From contig JBBIPC010000008.1 of assembly GCA_037443035.1 (NCBI GenBank), positions 1 through 64,000 on the forward strand: a stretch of DNA of 64,000 bases, given 5' to 3'. The notes beneath the pieces are model-generated. The model saw only the letters and a program-made list of their open reading frames with translations. It was not told where the DNA came from and searched no databases. This stretch comes from Chthonomonadales bacterium. Its GTDB lineage: Bacteria; Armatimonadota; Chthonomonadetes; Chthonomonadales; CAJBBX01. Within the stretch, counting starts at the first letter, position 1; every line of letters starts with the position of its first letter. This document shows, piece after piece, positions 9,745 through 20,120 of this stretch. A program made the translations under genes and the position numbers.

Positions 9745-9778
9745 AAAAAGGACGGGCAGCCCCGTACGCTGCCCGCCC
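9745..9778 (-). terminator. Intrinsic terminator
   Basis: The minus strand reads GGGCGGGCAGC-gtacggg-GCTGCCCGTCC-TTTTT, just after the 9808 stop. Confidence 0.75.
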
Positions 9779-9807
9779 GTGTACAGAACAGAGAGAAGCT
9801 AGAACGG

Positions 9808-10647
9808 CTAGCGGCCGGGTGGCTGGGGGCCGCGTACAGGTGGGCCGCCAACTCCCGGCATGCCCGGTCCCATCATCCCGCCCTTCATTTCGGTGGCACC
9901 TTTTGGTGGTGTGAACGTGAAGAGACCCGGAGGTATGGGAGCGTTCAGTGTCTCCTTGATGAGCACCATGGTAGTGGTCATGACCATGGGCTTTGGCTGT
10001 GCGGACTGGCCAGCACCAGCATTCGGGCCACCCGGGCCCATGGGCATGGTCACCACCGTCTTGACCTGCTGCAGGTGGTTCGTATTGACGTCTACATAGG
10101 CGCGGATGTCCTGTTTCATGCCAGGTCTGGGGCCCTGTTGACCTGAAGGAGGCGTAATCTTGATCACGTGGCACTTCTTGCCCCGTACCATTTCGGTGCC
10201 GGCATAGGCGTAAGTCACGCCCTTCTGGTCAATATTCCCAAGGACGCCCTTCACACCAGGATTGCGATCCTTTGGCGCCGGCATCTTCTGGTAGGCGTTC
10301 ATGCCTTTCAGGTAGATGTAGACTGTCTTTCCGTCAGAAACGGTGGTCGTCGAGGCCATGGCCGCACCCATGGCCATCATGCCGGTGGGAGTACCTACTG
10401 GCGTGGTTGTGACATAGGCCTTGCCATCGGAGGTAGTCTTCATATCCATATCCATGGACATCGTGCCCATGTCGCCCATGGACATGACCATGCGCCACTT
10501 GGCCTGGTACGTCTTGGCCGTCTTCATGGGTGCGCTGGCCTTGCGAATGATGGCTGCGGCATCGGGACCGGCCATGGCCGAGGCACCCAAGAAGGTGGCC
10601 AATCCTGCCATGGAGGCTGCGGTTGCGGTGCGTCGAATCATACTCAT
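9808..10647 (-). CDS. Secreted LolA-like (DUF2092-type) protein, Met/Gly/Pro-rich
   Basis: Signal peptide, VSDGKTVYIY, GTEMVRGKKCHVI, and a C-terminal LNAPIPPGLFTFTPPKGA typical of the LolA fold. Confidence 0.72.
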   Translation of the reverse strand: MSMIRRTATAASMAGLATFLGASAMAGPDAAAIIRKASAPMKTAKTYQAKWRMVMSMGDMGTMSMDMDMKTTSDGKAYVTTTPVGTPTGMMAMGAAMASTTTVSDGKTVYIYLKGMNAYQKMPAPKDRNPGVKGVLGNIDQKGVTYAYAGTEMVRGKKCHVIKITPPSGQQGPRPGMKQDIRAYVDVNTNHLQQVKTVVTMPMGPGGPNAGAGQSAQPKPMVMTTTMVLIKETLNAPIPPGLFTFTPPKGATEMKGGMMGPGMPGVGGPPVRGPQPPGR

Positions 10648-10773
10648 CCACCCTTCCCGGGCCGACTCGTGCCGGCCCGCTAGTGCATATTACTCCACCA
10701 CGGCGTGCAGGTTTCACACTACCAGCCTGTGTTCCACTGCTGCATTACGCAGAGCATGCGCGCAAAGCGAGTC

Positions 10774-11574
10774 TCATAGCCTGGGCACGGTCAGGCCGCC
10801 ATCTATGGTTAGTACGCTGCCTGTTGCGTAGGGAAGATCTCCCCTGACCAGGGCCGCCACTACCCTGCCCACATCGTCAGGCGTACCCCACCGCGGCTCT
10901 AGCGTCAGACCATCGGCTATGAGCCGCTCGTACTTCTCGCGAACCGGCACCGTCATGTCTGTGCGGATGATTCCCGGACGTACCTCATAGACAGGAATGC
11001 CGTATTCAGCGAGTCGGACGGCCCAGAGCCGCGCCGCCATGGATAGACCTGCCTTCGAGACGCAATACTCGCCTCTGTTCACCGAGGCCAGCTCAGCCGA
11101 AACCGAGGTGACGAACACGATGGTGTGCTGAGCGCTAGCGGCGGATTCGAAGCCTGCGAAGGCATCGCTCCAAGAATCGCGCGATAGCATGTGGCGGGCC
11201 ACGAGCTGTGTCAGAAAGTACGGGCCGACGAGATTGGTGTCCAGGAGGTCGCGGAAGCTCTGAGGCGTGGCGTCCAGGATGTCGCGCCGGTCGGAGGGAG
11301 CCCGACCAGCGTTGTTCACCAGGATGTTGATGCGTCCGAAACGCTCGATGACGGCGTCCACCAGACGCTGGCGTTCTTCGGCCATACTGATGTCAGCGGG
11401 AAAATACTGGACGTCCACGCCACGTCCTCGCAGCATGTCCAGTACATGGGTGACCTCGGTCTCCGGTCGTACACCGTTCAGCGCCAGCGTACAGGACTCG
11501 CCTGCCAGGGCCTTGGCAATGCCGAGTCCAATGCCACGGGTCCCACCAGTGATGAGCGCGACAGGGTGGATCAT
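10774..11574 (-). CDS. SDR family oxidoreductase (FabG-like)
   Basis: ITGGTRGIG, LVNNAG and YCVSK. ATG 11574 overlaps the GH88 stop (ATGA). Confidence 0.9.
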   Translation of the reverse strand: MIHPVALITGGTRGIGLGIAKALAGESCTLALNGVRPETEVTHVLDMLRGRGVDVQYFPADISMAEERQRLVDAVIERFGRINILVNNAGRAPSDRRDILDATPQSFRDLLDTNLVGPYFLTQLVARHMLSRDSWSDAFAGFESAASAQHTIVFVTSVSAELASVNRGEYCVSKAGLSMAARLWAVRLAEYGIPVYEVRPGIIRTDMTVPVREKYERLIADGLTLEPRWGTPDDVGRVVAALVRGDLPYATGSVLTIDGGLTVPRL

Positions 11575-12995
11575 GGGCGTGTTGCTCCATAGAATGCCAG
11601 GTACCGTTCGCTTCGTGCCAAACGCTGTATCAGGAGCGCGAGCTCCCTGGCATGGTAGTCGCCCCACATGCTCGATTCTCCGCATGGCACGCGTGGAGTG
11701 GGGGGAATGTAGTCCCACCCGTTGGGGCGATGATAGACGGAATGCAGGATCAAACCTTCGTGCCTAGCATCTTCACTGAGATAAGGGGGACCGAACAGCG
11801 ACCGAGCGACCGTCAACCCAGCACGGATGTAACGGTCGCCCAGAGCAGCACGGTTCACTGCCCCCAGGTAACGGCCAAGACGGAGGAGTCCCTGCGCAGC
11901 AATGCACGCAGCCGAGCTGTCCACGGGCTCGTAATCATTGAACGGATCGGCGGGTCTGCTCAGATGATCGCCTAGACGGGTCAGGCCGGGCGCTCCGGTG
12001 TCCCAGTAGGGGATGCCGTCTCTTGGCGTGTTCGCGATATAGAACTCGCACGTGGCTTCGGCGGCCCTAAGCATCAGGGGGAATGCTGCGTCCACGGCTG
12101 GCGTTTTCTCGGCGGGTTCCATGTGGGCGAACCACTCTAACTGCTCAGCGAGACCACACATGGCCCACGCCAGACCCCGTGTCCAGGTCGTGAACGGCGA
12201 ATAGCCCTGTTGGGTGCTCGGGCATCGGTAGATGCCGTTGGTGGGGTTGAAGATGCTCTCGTGTGCTGTGCGCCCAAGAACGTCGTAGCAGTCACGTCCT
12301 CGACCGTAGTAGATGGACCAGATGGCCGTGCTCGTTGCATGCGCGCACAAGCGGTCCAACAAGGAGATCCGCGCGTCTTGCTCGTCCATAAGCGTCTGGC
12401 CCAGGTCATGAGCAATGGCCAGCGAGCGGAGAGAGCGAATAGTATCGACGAACAGGGAGTGTGGTCCGTTGAAGGAGTGGATGTAGCCCAGGCTGAAGGG
12501 CAGCAGCGTAGGATCGAGGTCAGGAACCGGCGGGAAGGTCTGTGAGGCTGACACCGCCGTCCACCTTCGCGCCTGTACCGCGCCACTGCATCGCAAAGCG
12601 AGCGTGCACGTAGCTAGGTCCTGCTCGGAGTGCTTCCCCTCCAGGATGAGCCGACGCAAGTTGCCGTACGTGCTGACTACATTGAAGCCGTGGTCGTGGA
12701 CTCCGAAATGCGTGACATGCGTTGGCATGCGCTCGATGGTACCGTGCCGGCCCAATTGGAGGAAAGCTGTATCGCCCGTCGCATCGTACTGGAGGAGTGC
12801 CGAGCCGTGCAGGAATCCCTCCGTCCATTCCGTCCACCCACGGCTCGTATAGCGCCCCTGCACGGTGAATACCGGAGCGCCACGCGACGGATCCCATCTA
12901 GAGGCGATGGCCGTCAGCTTGCCGGCCGAGAGCTTCCATACGCGTGCGATAAGCGGGAGAAGGTCCTGTGGTTGTATCGCCGCGTCAATGTCCAT
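11571..12995 (-). CDS. Glycoside hydrolase family 88-like (unsaturated glucuronyl hydrolase)
   Basis: WTEWTEGF.G, HDHGF, WTRGLAWA, DGIPYWD, DSSAACIAA and WGDYH. Confidence 0.82.
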   Translation of the reverse strand: MDIDAAIQPQDLLPLIARVWKLSAGKLTAIASRWDPSRGAPVFTVQGRYTSRGWTEWTEGFLHGSALLQYDATGDTAFLQLGRHGTIERMPTHVTHFGVHDHGFNVVSTYGNLRRLILEGKHSEQDLATCTLALRCSGAVQARRWTAVSASQTFPPVPDLDPTLLPFSLGYIHSFNGPHSLFVDTIRSLRSLAIAHDLGQTLMDEQDARISLLDRLCAHATSTAIWSIYYGRGRDCYDVLGRTAHESIFNPTNGIYRCPSTQQGYSPFTTWTRGLAWAMCGLAEQLEWFAHMEPAEKTPAVDAAFPLMLRAAEATCEFYIANTPRDGIPYWDTGAPGLTRLGDHLSRPADPFNDYEPVDSSAACIAAQGLLRLGRYLGAVNRAALGDRYIRAGLTVARSLFGPPYLSEDARHEGLILHSVYHRPNGWDYIPPTPRVPCGESSMWGDYHARELALLIQRLARSERYLAFYGATRP

Positions 12996-13007
12996 GGCCG
13001 AGGAACG

Positions 13008-16000
13008 TCACCGCCTTATGCGCGGTGTGGCGATACCTGTAGTCGTCTGCCGGGACGGTCTGGACGCGAGCAGCGCTTCGATGGCCTCGGCGACGGCTCG
13101 ACGATGCCGGTACAGTAGCTGGGGATCCGTCGTGAAGTGCGTAAGATCGGACGTGATCTCACGTGGCACGCTCAAGAGACGGCGAGCGCGCTGAACAAGT
13201 GCGTCCTTGCGACCTCTAGATTCTGCGGCGTTGACCAAGGTCGAGAGGAGGTGGAAGTACTCCCAGTCCTCGATTCCCTCGCCGAGCATTTCCCATCGCA
13301 GCGAGTCCACGGGTCCTGACATGTAAGGCGTCTCGCGGTCCGTGTTCGGGTGCCGATTGGGTGGATAGAAGAAGCGCCCATCGCCGTTGCCCCAGACGCC
13401 GCTCACGTCAGCCACATAGGCCATGGGATCCTCCCACGGGTTCTGGACATGATCGCCCGTGAACTGCTGTGGGCTGGTCCACCACGTGGTCTCCCAGATG
13501 AGAATGCCCTGGATGCGCCTCTGCCACGTCTGCCATAGCCACATACGGAGCTCGATCGCAGGCTTGTCAATGAAGAGGGTGCAGTATGGTTCCTTCGGGC
13601 CGGTGCACACGTACCACCATACTTCCTCACCCATGGCCTGCCGCGCCCACGCCTTCTTCGTGTCGTAAGTCGGGGTGATCGGGCACCACAGGTCTACGTA
13701 GCCGTAGAGCGGTTCCTCGAACTGCTCCGTCATCATGCGCTTCAGCCGCGGGAAGTACTTTCGTAGACGAGCGGCACCCTCCTGAACAATGGGATAGTCG
13801 TTGACCTCCGGCTCGTCGTACCAGTAGACGTAAGCCTTGCCCAGCCAGCCGTTCTGGGCTAGGTGATCCTCGAGCTTCCGGCCGTAGTCACGCATGAGCG
13901 CATCGAACTCCGGAGTGTCGGCCTGGAAGCCGAAAAAGGACCCGTGGTCAAAGTTCGGGTATCTCCCACCTGGCAACCCGTCGACGTGGATCGTGAAAGC
14001 GTTGAAGCCCATTCCGTCGAGGTACTTGCGGGCGGCCTTGTCGAACTCCGTGAAATCAAGGTTGACTTCCAACTTGGGCTCGGTCTCGAAGTCTCCGTCG
14101 TCGAGCAGCGAACGGGGCCGACCGCCCAACTCCTCTTCCGGTGGGCCCGCCTCCAGGCGAACAGTGTCGAACCAAGCCGTGCCAGTATTCTCGCCGCGCT
14201 CGGTCCATACTGTCGGCCGCAGAGTGATCTGAACGTAGCGAGCGCTCGCCGGTATGGAAGGTCCGATATCCTGGTGTTCGTAGGTCCAGTCCGTCTGGCC
14301 AGTGCGCACAATGTCGTTGTTCCGTCCGGACATCCACTGCTTCGCTGAGTCGTAGTGGCTCACGGTTACCATGTACTGCTGGCCTGGCTTGGCCGTGCGA
14401 CACATCCACGAAATGCGATAGGGCTTGCCGGGCTGCACGGGTACGAGCTCCGTGTAGGTAGCACTGACATCGGCAGCGGCGTTGTTGTCCGTGATCCGGA
14501 GACAGTACTTGCCGGCCGCGGGCTGGTCAGATACCCGGGTGCCGCCGGACCAACGAACCCCCTCTACCTCGATCTTGTATGGCGACAATGCCATGGGATC
14601 GTAGGGGTCGATACGCCGCTTGCGAAACGCCTGCATGTACAAGTCCCAGACCTGGACCAACTGGGCCGGCGTCTTCAGATTGTGATAGCGGGCAATGTTG
14701 CCCGGCTGGACGCCAAAGCCCGACCTGAGCGTCGTCATAACCGGCAACGCGAACCCCCAGACGTGGAGCTTGATCAGAACCTCTCGCTTCCACTTCGCTG
14801 TGCGCAGCGTGAGGGTGCCCGTGTAGCCACCAGCTCTAGCATTGGGCGGCACGGTCACAGTGAGCCACAGTACATTGTTCACGTTGGTCTGCGGCCTCCA
14901 CGCACCCTGCAGCGGTGGAAGCGGATCGGGCCAGGGAGCCGCGACACCGGTACGGTCCGTAGGTTGCGTGACACGGACATACGCTACTTCACGGACCTCT
15001 ACGGCCGACGATGGGATCTTCGCATTGCCCGGTCCCGAGAGGTGGGAGACCGTGACTGTGATCGGTCCCGTATTCTCGAACGGACGGAAGACCAGTTGGG
15101 CATGCTCACGCTCCCGACGGGCTGCCTGGAGGACGATGGCACCCTTGCCGCGGACGGCCTTCAGATCCGCGATCCCAGCGCCGAACTCCTGCGGAGGCGG
15201 CAAACGAGTGAGCGGCACCTTGTAGGTCGCTTCGCACCACCATAGATCACCGTCGGGAACTGGCGTGAGAGGATGCCCGTAGTCTGCTGCGAAGTAGGTT
15301 GGTAGGTAGGCATTCACGCCCGCTTCGTACACGCGCGTCTGCTGCGACCCCATGGTCCGCTCTACGATGAGACGGCACCATAGCTCGCCACTGCCGCGGA
15401 TCCGATACGGGATGTGGAATTCCGCCGGCTTACCTGGCTGAGCCGCGGCGCTTTGTGCGAACTCCTCGTCTTGTGCCGTTGCACCAACGCGCACATACCA
15501 TCGTGCAGTGAGGCGACCGGCAGTTGGCGCGTGCGACGTTACGCGCAGGATCACATTGCCCTGATCTGACTGGCCCAGGGGACCGAGGTCTTCGACTTGG
15601 ACGGCCACATCAGGTGAATGGTGACGGACCTGCAGGTAGGTGGTCGCGCCGTCTACGTCCGGCGGGTTCTGCTCGAGTTCTGCGAAGTACTGATACCCCT
15701 CCACCTGGAGCGATCCCGGAGCGGAGTTACCGGCTGGTTCCGCGCGCGCAGCACCTGTCAGCCGAACGTAGATACGCGACGATGGGAATAGAGCCGATGG
15801 CAGTGTGAACCGATGATCACCCGATGTAGCAGCCCGGCCAACGTCGTGCCAATGCGTGCCATCTGTGCTTACGCTGACGGCCAGTTCACCTCCACTGTAG
15901 TAACCGATCGTGATGCGAAGCGATCCGTTCCTCTGGCGGTAAGGCTTTGTCTCGTGGCAGTACGTGACCTGCAGCCCGCCCGTGAACACCCAGCGGTTCG

Positions 16001-16691
16001 TGTTGAACGGAGCCGTATGGGATACCAGGCATCGAGAGGAGTTCGAGCCGTAGGCGCTGAGGGGAGCACGAAACTCGTAGCGCCCCGAACGGAGAGTCTC
16101 ACCTTCACCAAGAACGACGCCACCAGCGGATCGGTGGATCGGGGTGACGGGCAGAAGCTCCACTTGCGAGAACGCAACGGTCCCCGTCATGTGCCATTGG
16201 CCCAACCGAAGGAAGGCGCTCGATACATCCGACGGGGTCGTGAACACGAAACTGTAGTCAGACCAAGTCTCCGAGGTAGCGAAATCCCGGTTGCACACGT
16301 CGAGACCGCTGATGATGGTGAACTGGCTCGTGCCAGGCAGCGCCTTCGATCGGAAACGGATGGCGTAGACGTGGTTCGGTTGGAGCTCTGGCGCCTTGTG
16401 GGCCCAGTAGCTCATGTCATTGCCGTCACCCGTCACACTGATGCTGCGCCGTCCACCAACAGCAGGGTCCCACTGACCGCGTCCACCTTGGAGCGTCCAA
16501 CCCTCTGGAGCCTGAACACCCTTGCCGAAATCATCGCGTAGGATCTGTGCTGAGGATGCCACTGCAAGCCCGGTCAACAGGGCGAGGAATGCAGCCCACG
16601 GCAGGAGAGACGATCGGTTCTTGGAGACGGAGCCGGTGGCTCGGCCTTCGGAGTCAGTTCGTCGTCTCGATAGAAGCGTGCTCGGTAGCAT
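13008..16691 (-). CDS. Large secreted DUF4091/GH123-like glycoside hydrolase with CBM-like domains
   Basis: Signal region, WPDPLPP, YWYDEP, WWYVCTGP, GNGDGRFFYPP and SLRWEMLGEGIEDWEYF; galactose-binding-like inserts (AWFDTVRL). Confidence 0.8.
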   Translation of the reverse strand: MLPSTLLSRRRTDSEGRATGSVSKNRSSLLPWAAFLALLTGLAVASSAQILRDDFGKGVQAPEGWTLQGGRGQWDPAVGGRRSISVTGDGNDMSYWAHKAPELQPNHVYAIRFRSKALPGTSQFTIISGLDVCNRDFATSETWSDYSFVFTTPSDVSSAFLRLGQWHMTGTVAFSQVELLPVTPIHRSAGGVVLGEGETLRSGRYEFRAPLSAYGSNSSRCLVSHTAPFNTNRWVFTGGLQVTYCHETKPYRQRNGSLRITIGYYSGGELAVSVSTDGTHWHDVGRAATSGDHRFTLPSALFPSSRIYVRLTGAARAEPAGNSAPGSLQVEGYQYFAELEQNPPDVDGATTYLQVRHHSPDVAVQVEDLGPLGQSDQGNVILRVTSHAPTAGRLTARWYVRVGATAQDEEFAQSAAAQPGKPAEFHIPYRIRGSGELWCRLIVERTMGSQQTRVYEAGVNAYLPTYFAADYGHPLTPVPDGDLWWCEATYKVPLTRLPPPQEFGAGIADLKAVRGKGAIVLQAARREREHAQLVFRPFENTGPITVTVSHLSGPGNAKIPSSAVEVREVAYVRVTQPTDRTGVAAPWPDPLPPLQGAWRPQTNVNNVLWLTVTVPPNARAGGYTGTLTLRTAKWKREVLIKLHVWGFALPVMTTLRSGFGVQPGNIARYHNLKTPAQLVQVWDLYMQAFRKRRIDPYDPMALSPYKIEVEGVRWSGGTRVSDQPAAGKYCLRITDNNAAADVSATYTELVPVQPGKPYRISWMCRTAKPGQQYMVTVSHYDSAKQWMSGRNNDIVRTGQTDWTYEHQDIGPSIPASARYVQITLRPTVWTERGENTGTAWFDTVRLEAGPPEEELGGRPRSLLDDGDFETEPKLEVNLDFTEFDKAARKYLDGMGFNAFTIHVDGLPGGRYPNFDHGSFFGFQADTPEFDALMRDYGRKLEDHLAQNGWLGKAYVYWYDEPEVNDYPIVQEGAARLRKYFPRLKRMMTEQFEEPLYGYVDLWCPITPTYDTKKAWARQAMGEEVWWYVCTGPKEPYCTLFIDKPAIELRMWLWQTWQRRIQGILIWETTWWTSPQQFTGDHVQNPWEDPMAYVADVSGVWGNGDGRFFYPPNRHPNTDRETPYMSGPVDSLRWEMLGEGIEDWEYFHLLSTLVNAAESRGRKDALVQRARRLLSVPREITSDLTHFTTDPQLLYRHRRAVAEAIEALLASRPSRQTTTGIATPRIRR

Positions 16692-16732
16692 AAAATGCCT
16701 CCTTCGGTGTACCGCAGGGGCGTCGTATCACG

Positions 16733-17398
16733 CTAGGCACCATGATCACCGACCGCCGCGGTGGTCTTACCCTCGAGAAGGACGCGGTTGCCTTCGATAG
16801 TCACGCGGGTCAGCACCACTTTGCTGTCAGTGATCTGGGATGTGATGACCCTACCAACCTCATCTGCGAGGCGCTGGGCCGCAGCGTGTGGTGCAGGCAG
16901 CCTCCCTATGCGAATGTCTGTGATGCGCGCTCGCACCTGTCGTTTCCCTCTTAGTACCGGCACCATCGTGGCTCGCACCTGAACGCTTATACCACCCATG
17001 CTACGGATGACGGTGGCTTGGATGGCTCCATCTGCGATGCGTACCCATGCTTCCTCCACATTCCGGGAGGCCAGGCGCTTACGTACTTCTTCATCCTCAG
17101 CGAGCAGCAGGTTGAGCTGCTCGTCGCTCACGGCCAGCTCGAAGCGGCGTTCGACACCTGCGCGAGCGTCGCTCCGTACCTGTTCGAGCTTCTTCTTGAC
17201 GTGCTCCAGTTCGCTCGCGATGCGGTCATGGTCGCGACCTGTCAAGACAGGCGCGTGCTCCTGCCCAGTCAGGGCCAGGAAGGCCCCGATGACCAGAGAC
17301 ACCGCGGCCACCATGGCAACGAGCAGGCACCCTGAAGCAAAGCGGAAGACACTGCGTCTTCTCCGCATTAGCCGCCGTTCGTACCGATAATCTCGCAC
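16733..17398 (-). CDS. Membrane-anchored hypothetical protein
   Basis: Basic N-terminus, one TM segment and a beta-rich soluble domain; collinear with its neighbours. Confidence 0.65.
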   Translation of the reverse strand: MRDYRYERRLMRRRRSVFRFASGCLLVAMVAAVSLVIGAFLALTGQEHAPVLTGRDHDRIASELEHVKKKLEQVRSDARAGVERRFELAVSDEQLNLLLAEDEEVRKRLASRNVEEAWVRIADGAIQATVIRSMGGISVQVRATMVPVLRGKRQVRARITDIRIGRLPAPHAAAQRLADEVGRVITSQITDSKVVLTRVTIEGNRVLLEGKTTAAVGDHGA

Positions 17399-17478
17399 CC
17401 ACTGCGCTCCTGTTGTTCAGCAGCTTGCCAATGTGCGGCGGCCATGACCGTCGCGCCGTACGTCGAGAGACCCGCGTC

Positions 17479-18468
17479 CTATGCTGCCGTGCCGCGGAGG
17501 GGACCGAAACAATCGTACAGCACGCCCCAGCGCAACCCGCGGCAGCTTACCGCGATTTCTGCAAGTCCACTGGCTTTCATAGCGCCCTCCACGATGATGG
17601 CGCCTGCCAGGATCACATCCGACCGGCCAGGATCCAGCGCCCGAATGTCTCGTCTCTCCGCCTGACTCAGTCGGGAGTAGAGCGCGATCTGACGTTGCAC
17701 TTCCGCCAATGGTAGAGCGGTGCCGTGCAGTTCCACCAGATCGGGTTGCCCACGGTGGTCCAGCGCCACAGCACCCATGTTCGTGATGGTACCGCCGACG
17801 CCGACGCCGGTCAGCCGCGAACCGGGCCAAGAGATGGTCTTGAACGCAGCACGAACCACGCTGACTGCATTTCGAATCTCGTCCTGAGTCGGCGGGTCGC
17901 TCGTCAGGATCTGTTCCGTCAATCGGACTGCTCCAAGGCTGAGGCTGGTTCGGCGCTGACTGGATGAGGACAGATCGTCGAAGATGACTTCCGTGCTGCC
18001 TCCGCCGATGTCGAGCACCATGATATGTTGGATGCCCGCCCATCTCGGATCCGACCGTACAGCCAGAGCCGAGAGGCGAGCCTCATCATCACCCGAGAGC
18101 ACCCTGACGGCCAACCCAATCTCCTTCGCCCGTCTCACGAACTCATCGCGGTTGAGGGCGTCCCGGAGAGCAGATGTACCGACAGCAACCACCTCCTGCA
18201 CACCTTCTGTCGCGCAGAGAACGACGCATTGCTCGAGGACATGCAGAGTACGGTCCATGGCGCGGTCGCTCAACACCGCATGCCGAATGCCTTCTCCCAG
18301 TCTCGGGGTTGCACCCGCGTCTTGGAGATGAATGAGCCTGCCATCGTCCGCCCGAGCAGCGATTGTCATCTTCACTGTGTTCGTGCCGATGTCTATGGCA
18401 GCGAACTTCGGCAGACCAATGACGTTCCCTCGAGGTACGTTCGAGGGCCGAACGCCGAACGTGCTCAT
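17479..18468 (-). CDS. ppx: Ppx/GppA family exopolyphosphatase (short form)
   Basis: AAIDIGTNTVK, GTSALRDA, DIGGGSTE and GRSDVILAG. Confidence 0.92.
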   Translation of the reverse strand: MSTFGVRPSNVPRGNVIGLPKFAAIDIGTNTVKMTIAARADDGRLIHLQDAGATPRLGEGIRHAVLSDRAMDRTLHVLEQCVVLCATEGVQEVVAVGTSALRDALNRDEFVRRAKEIGLAVRVLSGDDEARLSALAVRSDPRWAGIQHIMVLDIGGGSTEVIFDDLSSSSQRRTSLSLGAVRLTEQILTSDPPTQDEIRNAVSVVRAAFKTISWPGSRLTGVGVGGTITNMGAVALDHRGQPDLVELHGTALPLAEVQRQIALYSRLSQAERRDIRALDPGRSDVILAGAIIVEGAMKASGLAEIAVSCRGLRWGVLYDCFGPLRGTAA

Positions 18469-18519
18469 GTACCTTGCGAGCTCGAAGCCGACATGGTAGT
18501 TACTATGCCGCGCTTCCGT

Positions 18520-18765
18520 TCAGGATCGGCGACAGCAAGATCCACAGAATGCCTCGTCTCTGCTGCCACGGCAGCGCTCTGCTGCTTCGGAAGCTCGCGT
18601 GCCGCAGGGTGCAAGCTGGTGATTCACAGAGAAAGCTGACAGAAGGCGTGTCAGTTGCTTCGAGTCACATCCAGGGCACTGGACACTGCCGATACTCGCC
18701 GCATTCCTGCAAAGCCAATCGAAGACTTTGCCGCAAGTGTTACACCGGAACTCGAAGATGGGCAT
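18520..18765 (-). CDS. FmdB-family zinc-ribbon protein
   Basis: MPIFEFRCNTCG ... CPGCDS ... RLLSAF. Confidence 0.85.
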   Translation of the reverse strand: MPIFEFRCNTCGKVFDWLCRNAASIGSVQCPGCDSKQLTRLLSAFSVNHQLAPCGTRASEAAERCRGSRDEAFCGSCCRRS

Positions 18766-18832
18766 AGGGCGAACCGTCCTTTGTCATAGGGGAAGCCCGC
18801 AGAGGTAACCCGCAAGGCGCCACTGGCGGATT

Positions 18833-19999
18833 CTAGCACAAGCCGGTGTAATGGCGGGGCAGGCGTGGACCGAGACGTGTGGTAATCTCGTGCTCTGTGG
18901 TGTCTATGGCCCGTGCCAGGTCCTCTGCGCGGATACGGTGTTCACCATCCGTACCGATTAGCGTCGCAACATCTCCAGCGATCGGTTCTGGTACGTCGGT
19001 AACGTCGGCCATGCAGACGTCCATGCAGATCGTCCCGATCAATGGCACACGATGCCCACGGATGAGGACGTCGGCTCGTTGGCTCAGATGCCTGGGTAGA
19101 CCATCCGCGTATCCAATGCCCAGCACCGCGACACGACTGTCCTTGGTCAGGCGGTGGCGTCCACCATAGCTGATCGTGCTACCCGCAGGTAACGAGCGAA
19201 CCAAAAGGACACGCGCACGAAGCGCCATGACCGGCTCCAGATGCGGATGGGGCGCCCCGTCTGGCAAGGTCGGCAATAGACCATAGACGGCCAGACCCGG
19301 GCGCACCATGTCGAAGTGGGCCTCAGGGTACAGCAGCAGCCCTGCCGTGTTGCATGCATGGCGCACGGCGTGGATGCCCATGGAGGCCAGTTCAGAAAGG
19401 CACTCCTCGAACAACTGGATCTGATTGCGTGTGAGATCAGGCGAGCCCTCGGCATCAGAAAAGTGCGTCATGACTCCTTCGAGACGAAGACCGGGGGCTT
19501 GGCTAATGGCCAATGCGAGAGAAGGCGCCTCTCCGGGCAGAACGCCGTTGCGGCCCATGCCGGTGTCAACCTCCATGTGAACAGGGAGCATCGTGCCAGC
19601 ACGCATGGCTACCGTGCTGAGTGACGCTACAGATTCTCTCGTGCTCAGGACTGGTATAGCACCGCACTCTAGGACGTCGGAGGCTTCCTCGGGCAGGGTG
19701 GGTGAAAGTATGTAGATGCGTCCGGCAGGGATCTGGGCACGGAGCTCGACAGCTTCGCCAGTGGTCGCGACGCCGAACTCGATCGTGGGATCAACGGCGG
19801 CGAGACACGCGCCGATGGCTCTGGCGCCATGGCCGTAGGCGTCAGCTTTGACGACGGCCATGATACGGACAGACGGGCCGACGAATGCACGAATCGAGCG
19901 GATGTTTTGCACCATGGCGCCGAGGTCCACTTCTGCCCATGCTCTTGTCCTGCTATCTGCGAAATATCTCACTGAGTCTCCCCGGTCAACCTGTAACAT
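18833..19999 (-). CDS. alr: Alanine racemase
   Basis: AVVKADAYGHG (PLP lysine), VDTGMGRNG, MTHFS, VRPGLAVYG, ISYG and ICMD. Confidence 0.96.
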   Translation of the reverse strand: MLQVDRGDSVRYFADSRTRAWAEVDLGAMVQNIRSIRAFVGPSVRIMAVVKADAYGHGARAIGACLAAVDPTIEFGVATTGEAVELRAQIPAGRIYILSPTLPEEASDVLECGAIPVLSTRESVASLSTVAMRAGTMLPVHMEVDTGMGRNGVLPGEAPSLALAISQAPGLRLEGVMTHFSDAEGSPDLTRNQIQLFEECLSELASMGIHAVRHACNTAGLLLYPEAHFDMVRPGLAVYGLLPTLPDGAPHPHLEPVMALRARVLLVRSLPAGSTISYGGRHRLTKDSRVAVLGIGYADGLPRHLSQRADVLIRGHRVPLIGTICMDVCMADVTDVPEPIAGDVATLIGTDGEHRIRAEDLARAIDTTEHEITTRLGPRLPRHYTGLC

Positions 20000-20120
20000 T
20001 CTCCCCACTGATGTGTCTATAAGTACAGCAGCTCGGTTGGGGGTAATCCCCCTTTGCCTCCCCTCGGAAGGTGTTGGGTAGTGGTCTCTGCCCCATGTCT
20101 CAAGGGGCCAAACGAGGGAC

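Noticed and set aside
9614..10174. Long N-terminal extension of the URO-D ORF (548 aa)
   Set aside because: It overlaps the LolA-like gene and its terminator; the family-typical start is MTKRER.
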